A stretch of DNA of 64,000 bases, from IMG/VR virus record IMGVR_UViG_3300011113_000649, positions 32,001-96,000 of that record; one strand, 5' to 3'. Of this stretch, positions 56,087 to 63,878 are shown piece after piece; the first letter of the stretch is position 1; the number at the start of each line of letters is the position of its first letter. Both the position numbers and the translations under genes were made by a program. Below the pieces are notes generated by a model. That model had not been told where the DNA came from and did no database searches. It saw only the letters and a program-made list of their open reading frames with translations. Origin of the DNA: a virus.

Positions 56087-56961
56087 AATCTAGTCTCAAT
56101 TTTGTTAATATTTTTCTGTATGTCCGATGCCCATAATAGGTATACCTTGTAGCCAAAACTTTTCAAGTGGTTGACGCGAATTTTATCTTTTTTCCAAACA
56201 TCTTTGGCACATAATTCTCCTGCCCATGTTATGATTATATCATTTGGTTTATATTTTCTAGGATTGGCATGAAATGTATCTCCATAAATTTCGATAATAA
56301 TCTTTTTTTGTTCTATAATTATATCTGGTCGAGGATTATATATTTTTTTTAAGGCTTTGTTGTATCTATTAAACTGTATACCATCAATATTTTCACTTAT
56401 ATAGATTATATTGTATTTATCTAATATATTTTCTACTCTTTGGTGTGGTATAGATTTTTTACCATTATTTCTTCTATAGCTTGGCAAATCAACCGGATTT
56501 TCCACTCCATATTTTTTAATAAGTGTTTGTTTAGTTTTTTCTTTAACGCTTTCTAATTGAAAAACATTAGTAATTCCTTTACCATATTTTTGTTCTATGG
56601 TTTTCTGGGTTTGCTTAGATTGAAAATTATTCTTATAACCATAATTTCTTAAATTAGTTTCTATTCTTTTTTGTTTAGTATTCGGATTATTTGCTGCCTC
56701 TTTGAGGGTCTGTGTTTTAATGCCTAGCTCTTTGCATCTAGTAATTATATGCTTAGTTTTAATTTTAGCATTGTTTATCTCTAATTCTAGCTGATAGCAA
56801 GACTTGCCTAACTTAATTATATTATCTTTTAGGTATTTTTTAGTTAAAATTTTATTTCTATAATTAGTTATATATTGAACATAATTTTTACATTTCGCTT
56901 GATGCCCATATAATTGTTGCTTAGTCTTTAATCCGGCCTTATTGCAATATTGACATTTCAT
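56059..56961 (-). CDS. Free-standing Vsr-like (EDxHD-type) homing endonuclease
   Basis: YG...N repeats; RPDI...IIEIYGDTFHAN...KD..R...GYKVYLLW. Confidence 0.8.
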   Translation of the reverse strand: MKCQYCNKAGLKTKQQLYGHQAKCKNYVQYITNYRNKILTKKYLKDNIIKLGKSCYQLELEINNAKIKTKHIITRCKELGIKTQTLKEAANNPNTKQKRIETNLRNYGYKNNFQSKQTQKTIEQKYGKGITNVFQLESVKEKTKQTLIKKYGVENPVDLPSYRRNNGKKSIPHQRVENILDKYNIIYISENIDGIQFNRYNKALKKIYNPRPDIIIEQKKIIIEIYGDTFHANPRKYKPNDIIITWAGELCAKDVWKKDKIRVNHLKSFGYKVYLLWASDIQKNINKIETRLCKLLKLSQ

Positions 56962-57019
56962 TTAAAAATTTCCCTTCTGGTATTTAATACACAGATATCG
57001 AGAAAGTTGGATGGAAATT

Positions 57020-57838
57020 TCAATCAAAAAGAATTTCTTCACTTCCGTCCAGTTCATCTACGCGACGATAACACTTGAGTTTAGGAATATATACTGTGTC
57101 ATTACCAGTAATATTAAGAGTAATGCCATTTTCTAAAGTAATTTTATACCATTGTGTAGGCTTGGTTTCAGAAATATCATGAGCATTACTCATATGATTA
57201 ATAATTGGTTTATACTCAATTTGATTAGTTTTATGATTAAAAGACTTAATATTCCCATTAATCTTATGCTCCACAACATAGCCAATAGGCAATACAACAC
57301 CGGTATCAAACTCTACCAGAGTGTCATAATCTACACAGCCATCAATCTTTCTGCTAACATACCAACCGTCCTCCCAGTCTACAAGTTTAGGTTCATATTT
57401 ATCAGCAAGAGCAACACTGAATTCTGGAATATGATCTTTGATTGCTTTGTTAATAATCTTATCGCCAGCACGGGTTTTCAAATCCTTGTCGATAATACAA
57501 TGGATCAAATCCTCATGGTGCGGATAAGTGTCAACAAAAGAATTAACCGCACCAATAGCGTCGTGACCAGTAATCTTGCGACTCTTTAGATCATCAAGAA
57601 GATCAAAAATATTATCATATCTTATTCCACGAAGATGACTTTTCTTTTTCAAATTATCGCTTGTGACATTATATTGCCACATTGGATGATAAGTATACAG
57701 AAAAATATTCTTAGCAAAAGTTGCTGATGCTGTTTGGTGACAGCAATAGTCTACAATAATACCTTCTTTATCCTTAGTGCTGCTAGTAGCCCTAAGATCA
57801 CGAACCATTCCCCAAACATAATCAAAATCGTGAGTCAT
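57020..57838 (-). CDS. N-terminal part of ATP-dependent DNA ligase fused to split-intein N-fragment (105 aa)
   Basis: IIDKDL, FSVALA, YVSRKIDG then CVDYDTLV (block A) ...ITGND...RVDEL; ATG 57838 after AGGAG. Confidence 0.92.
   Translation of the reverse strand: MTHDFDYVWGMVRDLRATSSTKDKEGIIVDYCCHQTASATFAKNIFLYTYHPMWQYNVTSDNLKKKSHLRGIRYDNIFDLLDDLKSRKITGHDAIGAVNSFVDTYPHHEDLIHCIIDKDLKTRAGDKIINKAIKDHIPEFSVALADKYEPKLVDWEDGWYVSRKIDGCVDYDTLVEFDTGVVLPIGYVVEHKINGNIKSFNHKTNQIEYKPIINHMSNAHDISETKPTQWYKITLENGITLNITGNDTVYIPKLKCYRRVDELDGSEEILFD
57023..57337 (-). mobile_element. Split intein, N-fragment
   Basis: Cys1 directly after ligase KIDG; HINT-like pattern; acidic C-terminus. Confidence 0.85.
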
Positions 57839-57863
57839 CCAAATAGTCTCCTGTGTTTGGTGC

Positions 57864-57892
57864 AGTATAACACACTCCAAAGCGTCTGTCAA
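57864..57892 (-). promoter_or_regulatory. sigma70-type promoter for ligase
   Basis: TTGACA-17 nt-TATACT. Confidence 0.75.
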
Positions 57893-58073
57893 ATATCTAT
57901 TTTGAGCTGTGCTTTTTTAGCTTTTCTTTTAATTTTTTGAGATATTTATCTTGTTCTAATTTTTTAGGATCTTGTTCTTCTTTTTTAAGAATTTTTTTAT
58001 ACAACTTTTTCCAGAAACTCATCTTTATTATCCTTAAGTAAAATAGAGAAAGGTCGTGGGCTACGCTTAGAAT

Positions 58074-58101
58074 ATCATAACTATCTGAATCCTATTGTCA
58101 A
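58074..58101 (-). promoter_or_regulatory. sigma70-type promoter
   Basis: TTGACA-16 nt-TATGAT, upstream of a ~41-aa basic ORF starting at 58022. Confidence 0.55.
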
Positions 58102-58175
58102 TTATCGACAGTCTGGCTCTGATTCTTTAAGACTTCCTGTTTTAGTCTTATGTCTAAGATGATAAAGATTATATA

Positions 58176-58943
58176 TTATTTAACTGATTTATCTAACTTA
58201 GTTTTAGATTCATTTATCCATTCCAAAAAATTATATATTCTAGTATGACCAGATTCTTCTCCATACTTAGACATCGGTGATCTTCCAATCGTCATAATAC
58301 AAGAATTTATTCCAGCTAGTTTTCCATCTATAAATAAACCACCACCACTATCTCCACTACATATCATATACTCTAAAGAAGTATGACTTTTACTTTCGGG
58401 CCAAGAGGGAGAACAAATTAATAAATCTTTATGTATATCATCTACAGTGTTTGAGCCTGCTCTTAATTTATTATCTGATTTACTAATACCAGTATTGAAA
58501 TTTCCTGTTAATCCCCAACCCGCTATTGATGCTAATTTTCCACTTTCTTTGCCTTCTCTATATAAAGGAGGGTAGTTTTTTAAATTAAAATCTTTTTTAG
58601 AATATCCTATGGCGATATCTGCAGTTCCAACTTTTGTTTTAAAATCTTCATGAATAATTATATTATCTAGTAAAAATTTTTCTTCATTAATTTTTATATA
58701 GCAAATTTTGTAACCTTTTACAACATGTGCTGCGGTAAGCACAAAATGTTTTTCTATAACAACACCAGACGCACAAAATACAGTACCATCTTCATATGTA
58801 CCATATACTTGTACTACGCAATAGAATTTAGAGCCAAAATCTAAATACTCTTTATCTGGTATGTTAGGATCTATCGTTCCTGAATAAGATAGTGAAGTCA
58901 ATCCGAATAAAAATAACAAAAGTAATCTTTTAAAGATAAGCAT
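58176..58943 (-). CDS. Exported trypsin-like serine protease
   Basis: Signal peptide; LTAAH, DIA, GDSGG. Confidence 0.92.
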   Translation of the reverse strand: MLIFKRLLLLFLFGLTSLSYSGTIDPNIPDKEYLDFGSKFYCVVQVYGTYEDGTVFCASGVVIEKHFVLTAAHVVKGYKICYIKINEEKFLLDNIIIHEDFKTKVGTADIAIGYSKKDFNLKNYPPLYREGKESGKLASIAGWGLTGNFNTGISKSDNKLRAGSNTVDDIHKDLLICSPSWPESKSHTSLEYMICSGDSGGGLFIDGKLAGINSCIMTIGRSPMSKYGEESGHTRIYNFLEWINESKTKLDKSVK

Positions 58944-58982
58944 AATTAAGCCTCCTTATATGGGTAGCTTAATTATAATACA

Positions 58983-59336
58983 CTATTTTATTAGTTTTCT
59001 GTTTCTAACCAAGATTAGATAATTCAATGCTTTAACTACACCTTCCAAATTATCTCCTAATTTTCCTAACCCCTCATTACATTTACTACACAACCAACCC
59101 CTAAAACTATCGTCACTATGATTATGATCTAAACACCATTTGAAAGGAACTTTTCCACAACATTCGCATACTTCTGGTTTTGATGGAGCCTTTTTATGAA
59201 GTTTACTTCTTATCTTAGAATGTTTTTTGACGCATTTTCTACATCTACTATCTAGATTATCTTTATACATACTGTGCTTAGGAAAACTTTTGAAGTTTTT
59301 TCGTTCGTGACAGTATGCACAAATTTTTCTAGGCAT
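58983..59336 (-). CDS. Endonuclease VII-like protein
   Basis: CECCG...LDHNH....RGWLCSKCNEGLG.LGD. Confidence 0.88.
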   Translation of the reverse strand: MPRKICAYCHERKNFKSFPKHSMYKDNLDSRCRKCVKKHSKIRSKLHKKAPSKPEVCECCGKVPFKWCLDHNHSDDSFRGWLCSKCNEGLGKLGDNLEGVVKALNYLILVRNRKLIK

Positions 59337-59381
59337 CGTTACACTTTATTCTCCTAAAAATTTATTATTTTTATATTTTAA

Positions 59382-59737
59382 TGGAGGCGAGGGAAATCGA
59401 ATCCCTGTCCTATCATATTTCAAATTATATATTCTACAAGTTTATTTTATTCATAAATTAAATAGGATTACAGAACAAACAAGATTAATTCCTATCTTAT
59501 CGACTTCTCTTAACCTGCAACCCGTCGAACATTGTAGGTGCAGAGGGATTTAACGACAGACTTTTGATCCCTACCCTCATTCGGTATCGCAGTCTGTTAC
59601 TGCCCTTTTTTGTCAGGCAGCAAGTGCTAACTGAGTTTCGCCAGTTAAAGCGTTTAATCGACTTTTAAAGTGGCCTGTCGATCAACCACTACTTGCTAAT
59701 ATAATCTTCTTTATGTAGTCGAAACCTTTACGCCCCC
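59382..59737 (-). ncRNA. ssrA: tmRNA, tag (A)GETQLALAA
   Basis: 5' GGGGGCG..TTCGAC; 3' AGGGA-TTCGATT-TCCCT-CGCCTCC-A with G3-U70 pair; tag ORF 59613..59642 after TTAACT. Confidence 0.92.
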
Positions 59738-59949
59738 TAATTTTTAGGAAATGTTTTTTCTGATTCCAATTTTTTAATTTCTTTTGTCAATAAATTATAT
59801 TCATATAAACTCACCCAAGGATTAACTGCGGAGATAAATTCATTTGACTTGTTAAGTCTATAATTAAGAATTATATTATATCCAAAAGAGACTGATAGTA
59901 AACCAATAAGTATTGTGTATATTGGTAAATGTTTTGATCTGTATTGCAT
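59737..59949 (-). CDS. Small membrane protein
   Basis: GAGG RBS; one TM. Confidence 0.55.
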   Translation of the reverse strand: MQYRSKHLPIYTILIGLLSVSFGYNIILNYRLNKSNEFISAVNPWVSLYEYNLLTKEIKKLESEKTFPKN

Positions 59950-59971
59950 AATATGAAAACCTCTGCGTTAA

Positions 59972-60045
59972 TAGGGTGTGTAGGAGTCGAACCTACCTTT
60001 TGAATACCTTATAAGAGTATTTGCAACAACCGGCTGCAACACCCC
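59972..60045 (-). tRNA. tRNA-Ile(UAU), atypical short D-loop
   Basis: GGGGTGT/ACACCCT acceptor; ATACT CT-TAT-AA GGTAT; GTAGG TTCGACT CCTAC. Confidence 0.8.
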
Positions 60046-60053
60046 ATTTTTAT

Positions 60054-60082
60054 ATTATAGCATATTGACTAAACCATGTCAA
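60054..60082 (-). promoter_or_regulatory. sigma70-type promoter for the tRNA-Ile/tmRNA unit
   Basis: TTGACA-17 nt-TATAAT with TGn extension, 8 nt before the tRNA 5' end. Confidence 0.8.
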
Positions 60083-60420
60083 CTCTTGAATCTAAAGTCG
60101 TGAACCTTTAGACCATATTCTGTGGCTAGATCAAACATCATCTGGGTACCAATTCCCCCATTGAATAAAACACATGCGTCTGCATATTCTGCCATTTGTT
60201 TGTTTCGTAGATAGCCTGCTCTTTTGCCATATTTGTTCCAATTTGCTGGAAATATTTTAATAGGAACATCATTCCTCCTGCCCCACAATTCACCACAAGC
60301 ATCCACCCCTCTTGCTGCTCCAGATACAACTTGACTAATTTCTGATCTAAGATTGTCTAATTTAAGGAAATCTTCATCTGTTAGGATATATTCTCTACCG
60401 CCAGCAATAATCGTTTTCAT
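60079..60420 (-). CDS. YspA/SLOG-family protein
   Basis: IIAGGR, VSGAARGVD, ANW...G..AG..RN..M. Confidence 0.85.
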   Translation of the reverse strand: MKTIIAGGREYILTDEDFLKLDNLRSEISQVVSGAARGVDACGELWGRRNDVPIKIFPANWNKYGKRAGYLRNKQMAEYADACVLFNGGIGTQMMFDLATEYGLKVHDFRFKS

Positions 60421-60950
60421 TTTTGAGACTCAACAAAATTTCTGTATGTACCCATTACTATTCCACTAGTTGTACCAACATTGAGAGAACGAACACTTCC
60501 ATAATTAGATATAGTTAGAATAACATTAGCTCTATCTAAAATTAGATTAGATAGTCCTTTACTCTCTTCCCCAAAAATAAATATAGGTTCAAGAGCGTTA
60601 TCGAATTTATAATGAAAAAGGTTAATGGTTTTATCGTCATATTCTGGAATATTATTTTCTATAGCAATAAGAGTTCGTCCAGAACACTGTGCAAGAAAAG
60701 ACTCTTCATCTTTATGATGATAAATTGGCGTGTAGTGATGAGTTCCTACACTACCCCTTTTATCCCACTTTCTTTTGCCTACATAATGCACACTACGAAA
60801 GCCAAAAAAATTTGCATTTCGAATCATTGTGCTAAGATTGAAGTCTCCTCCAATATTGATCATACCAACGCTAGCGGGAATACTATTCTGAGAACAATAT
60901 TTAGCAATATCCGGCACTGTCAAATCTTTAAGATCATCAAGTACGTTCAT
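60417..60950 (-). CDS. SpoU/TrmH-family (SPOUT) RNA methyltransferase
   Basis: NLSTMIRNANFFG, IFGEESKGL, VRSLNV. Confidence 0.88.
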   Translation of the reverse strand: MNVLDDLKDLTVPDIAKYCSQNSIPASVGMINIGGDFNLSTMIRNANFFGFRSVHYVGKRKWDKRGSVGTHHYTPIYHHKDEESFLAQCSGRTLIAIENNIPEYDDKTINLFHYKFDNALEPIFIFGEESKGLSNLILDRANVILTISNYGSVRSLNVGTTSGIVMGTYRNFVESQK

Positions 60951-61134
60951 CTTTGTTCAATTTTCTTTCCAAGCCTTTTAATTCTTGTTCCAACCTAAAT
61001 ATTTTATCATACATTTCAGAACAACGACGACAAAAATCAGAACTAATGTAAGTTCTGGTTTCCCATATTTCTTCTTTAATATTAGATATTCTATTGACTA
61101 TCTTTTCTCTTTCGTTTTCGTTTGGGTTTATCAT
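60937..61134 (-). CDS. Hypothetical protein
   Basis: Coupled ORF with CRRC. Confidence 0.5.
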   Translation of the reverse strand: MINPNENEREKIVNRISNIKEEIWETRTYISSDFCRRCSEMYDKIFRLEQELKGLERKLNKDERT

Positions 61135-61486
61135 TTTTTGGAGTCTCCTTTTGCCAAAAAACCATCTCGTTTAATGTATCGTCCCAAGCACATTCAACCA
61201 AATCTTTTGCTGCGAGTTTAGCCAGGCCGACATTATGAATCCAAGCAGATACTTGTTCAAAAATATTTTGATTAGTTTCTTCATTAAGAAGAGGATATTC
61301 ATGATCATCGAAACCAAGACAGTTATTCTTGACCAGACCAATCATTTGATCTAAACTAATATAAGAATCTAAATCATCGTTTGAACTATTTTCACTAATA
61401 CTGTCTGCTGCTGCTGCTCTCATTTGAGAAACGTAACCATTCAAATCAATGATCGCATATACTTCTTTTTTCATTGTAGTCTCCAA
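61091..61486 (-). CDS. Hypothetical protein, paralog of 44936..45361
   Basis: Shared LVE..(W/F)DD..N..VFW.K motif. Confidence 0.65.
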   Translation of the reverse strand: METTMKKEVYAIIDLNGYVSQMRAAAADSISENSSNDDLDSYISLDQMIGLVKNNCLGFDDHEYPLLNEETNQNIFEQVSAWIHNVGLAKLAAKDLVECAWDDTLNEMVFWQKETPKNDKPKRKRKRKDSQ

Positions 61487-61753
61487 TTATTTGATAAATT
61501 TAGATACACCACCGGACGAATCGCAAGTATCTTTAATACGGTCAATAGTATCTTGAAAAGTCAACTGTCCTCTTGGTAGCCATTTTACATCATTATACAA
61601 GGCTGTCAATATCTGAGGCATCCAGTGTTGGTACGCATCTGAATATTGTTCAGGAAAATATATTTGTAATATCGCATCTACTTTAGTAAGAGATTGCTTT
61701 ATTTCATCTCTAATATTCAATAAATCGTTTATCTTAGATTGCTGATTAGACAT
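61487..61753 (-). CDS. Hypothetical protein
   Basis: 88-aa ORF. Confidence 0.55.
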   Translation of the reverse strand: MSNQQSKINDLLNIRDEIKQSLTKVDAILQIYFPEQYSDAYQHWMPQILTALYNDVKWLPRGQLTFQDTIDRIKDTCDSSGGVSKFIK

Positions 61754-61766
61754 GATAAGGTTGTTG

Positions 61767-62180
61767 CTATGTATTTGTTACAGCGTCTTTCTTTTTAAGT
61801 TTGAAAATCTTGTGTTTGACTTTCCAAACGCCGGTTTCTGGATTTTGGTAGTCTGGTCCCATATAAATATGGGCAAATCCAGTGTTTTTGTCCAAACCCC
61901 AAGCATGAATTCCTTTAGGGTCAACTCGTTCAACAACAAACTTACCCCTATAACCCATAGGAATAAGTTCGCCATCATGCAGAAAATATGGGCCTCCACC
62001 AACCTTGATTTTATCACCCTTTTCAAGTTGCTTCCAATCAAAATCTTTCACAAACTTGAGAGTACGCTTTTCTTTATTGGTAATCTTAAAAGAAAAAACA
62101 TGGTTGCAATTCTTACAAACATAGGCTCGTGGCCCACAAAGATCATTACAATCTGGACAAGTCTTTTTACCTTTTGGCAT
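61767..62180 (-). CDS. Zn-ribbon protein
   Basis: KTCPDC....GPR...CKNC; AGGAG RBS. Confidence 0.65.
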   Translation of the reverse strand: MPKGKKTCPDCNDLCGPRAYVCKNCNHVFSFKITNKEKRTLKFVKDFDWKQLEKGDKIKVGGGPYFLHDGELIPMGYRGKFVVERVDPKGIHAWGLDKNTGFAHIYMGPDYQNPETGVWKVKHKIFKLKKKDAVTNT

Positions 62181-62212
62181 CGTTGTTCTCCTGTGTCAGT
62201 AGTGATAACCTA

Positions 62213-62240
62213 AGTATACAGCACTTATCGGCGTTGTCAA
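62213..62240 (-). promoter_or_regulatory. sigma70-type promoter with GCCGATA in spacer
   Basis: TTGACA-ACGCCGATAAGTGCTG-TATACT. Confidence 0.75.
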
Positions 62241-62250
62241 GCGGTGTTCT

Positions 62251-62709
62251 TTAAGAATTCCTGTGAGTCTCACAAAGAGTGGTGATCCACCCGCCTTTAT
62301 TTGGTTGTCCTTTATTTCCGCAAACCTCACAAATATTATACGAAATTGCTTCTGCCATACTCACTAAACCCTCCACATAATCGTCACCACCACTAAAATA
62401 GATTCTTAATCCACCATACTTTTCTTTTATCTGATCAAACTTTACAGGAAAATATTCTGGTTCTTCACCATCTATTCTTATTCCCATAGAGTCTTGTATC
62501 TCTTGTTTTTGTTTTTCTTTCCATTCTTTTTGCCATCTCTTATTATCCTCATACTGTCGAATCATCCAGCAAAGAGATGCTAATATTTCATACCAGCCAT
62601 TTCCGTGCTCGCACCCCCATGCCATGCAACTAGATTGTATCCCCTTATCTTTATTGCTAAAAAACTGTGGATATTTTTCGTATAATTTATTTTGTAATTC
62701 TAGATCCAT
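62251..62709 (-). CDS. Conserved-looking phage protein (QIKEKxGxLR motif)
   Basis: GW...QIKEKYGGLRIY...CEVCG..G...GW..TLC..H. Confidence 0.7.
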   Translation of the reverse strand: MDLELQNKLYEKYPQFFSNKDKGIQSSCMAWGCEHGNGWYEILASLCWMIRQYEDNKRWQKEWKEKQKQEIQDSMGIRIDGEEPEYFPVKFDQIKEKYGGLRIYFSGGDDYVEGLVSMAEAISYNICEVCGNKGQPNKGGWITTLCETHRNS

Positions 62710-62929
62710 TTTCTTTGTCTCTATCTGAAATGATAGTCAAATTACCCGGAGAGTAATGACAAAAATAACTACTATCAATTTTTCGCTTGATTAGATTATC
62801 TTCTTCAATTTCAGTATAAATATTAATTCTATATCTATTTTCCCATACATTGATTATCTTAGTCATAAAATGATGCTTGGGTTTTTCTACTTGCTTAAAC
62901 AGCAAACTCTCAATTTCAAGATCGTTCAT
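62687..62929 (-). CDS. Hypothetical protein
   Basis: INVWENRYRINIY. Confidence 0.55.
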   Translation of the reverse strand: MNDLEIESLLFKQVEKPKHHFMTKIINVWENRYRINIYTEIEEDNLIKRKIDSSYFCHYSPGNLTIISDRDKENGSRITK

Positions 62930-63126
62930 GAATTATCTCCGCTATCAATTTGAATATAAATTTCTTTTTTGATATCTTGATCATACATTTCTATCAGATC
63001 GGCATGGTATAGCACTCCGTCTTGATTATCATATACTTGAACTGCTGCTTGCCAGTCAAATTTTCCAAAATATTTTAGATTGTTGGCTCGTTGATGAAGA
63101 AAGTTATATAGATCAAGCCAGTTCAT
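62926..63126 (-). CDS. Hypothetical protein
   Basis: AGGAG RBS, 66 aa. Confidence 0.55.
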   Translation of the reverse strand: MNWLDLYNFLHQRANNLKYFGKFDWQAAVQVYDNQDGVLYHADLIEMYDQDIKKEIYIQIDSGDNS

Positions 63127-63179
63127 TTTGAATCTCTCCTTCTTTAATTGGAAGTATCGAATTTTGCGGTTTCATAAAA

Positions 63180-63398
63180 TCATCTAGCACGACGATTTGC
63201 TCTGTCAAGAATACGAATAGTTTCTGTAGCATTACTTGGAACCATAACCAGACTAGGAGCGGTTTTGTGTCCCCAGTCCATGAATCCTATAGCACGATTC
63301 TCTATACTACAGTCTTTGCAAATAATTTTACGACCAGTTTCAACAAGAAACTCATACCTCTCAAAATCCATACAGTTCTGACAGTAAATACAATTCAT
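63180..63398 (-). CDS. DksA/TraR-type C4 zinc-finger-like protein
   Basis: CIYC.....ER...L......CKDC; GGAGG RBS. Confidence 0.55.
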   Translation of the reverse strand: MNCIYCQNCMDFERYEFLVETGRKIICKDCSIENRAIGFMDWGHKTAPSLVMVPSNATETIRILDRANRRAR

Positions 63399-63418
63399 TG
63401 GTATCCTCCGGTAATCGG

Positions 63419-63446
63419 ATTATACCATAACCATCGGCACGGTCAA
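63419..63446 (-). promoter_or_regulatory. sigma70-type promoter with GCCGAT in spacer
   Basis: TTGACC-GTGCCGATGGTTATGG-TATAAT. Confidence 0.75.
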
Positions 63447-63878
63447 GTCTGTTTCTGCAATCAAATTTTCAAAACTATCACAAAAATATCCAGTGTCGGT
63501 GCTATAATAAATATCAGTCAAACCAACAGTATGAAGAAGTTTATCACAGTTTTCACATGGTTTACTGCCTAGAATAAGTCCTTTTCGATTGATACGCATA
63601 ACAACAATTGACCAATTAGGATCAATGGTATTATACCTATCCAAAAGTTTAGAAATAAGATGAGATTCGCTGTGGTAATATGGAAATTCTTTATATTTTG
63701 GAAGATTAAAGTCTTCTCCTATACGATAAGCACCGGTATGAGTTTTAATAGGATTGTTTTGAGTGAAACAAATCATCTTAGTGCCATCAAACGCAGCACT
63801 ATAATGATAGCATCTTACTTCCTTACATGGACTCCAGTTCTGATATGCCTTGCGAATTGTTTTGTTTATTATCTTCAT
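63420..63878 (-). CDS. Zn-dependent deaminase-fold protein
   Basis: HSE...SKPCENC. Confidence 0.75.
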   Translation of the reverse strand: MKIINKTIRKAYQNWSPCKEVRCYHYSAAFDGTKMICFTQNNPIKTHTGAYRIGEDFNLPKYKEFPYYHSESHLISKLLDRYNTIDPNWSIVVMRINRKGLILGSKPCENCDKLLHTVGLTDIYYSTDTGYFCDSFENLIAETDLTVPMVMV

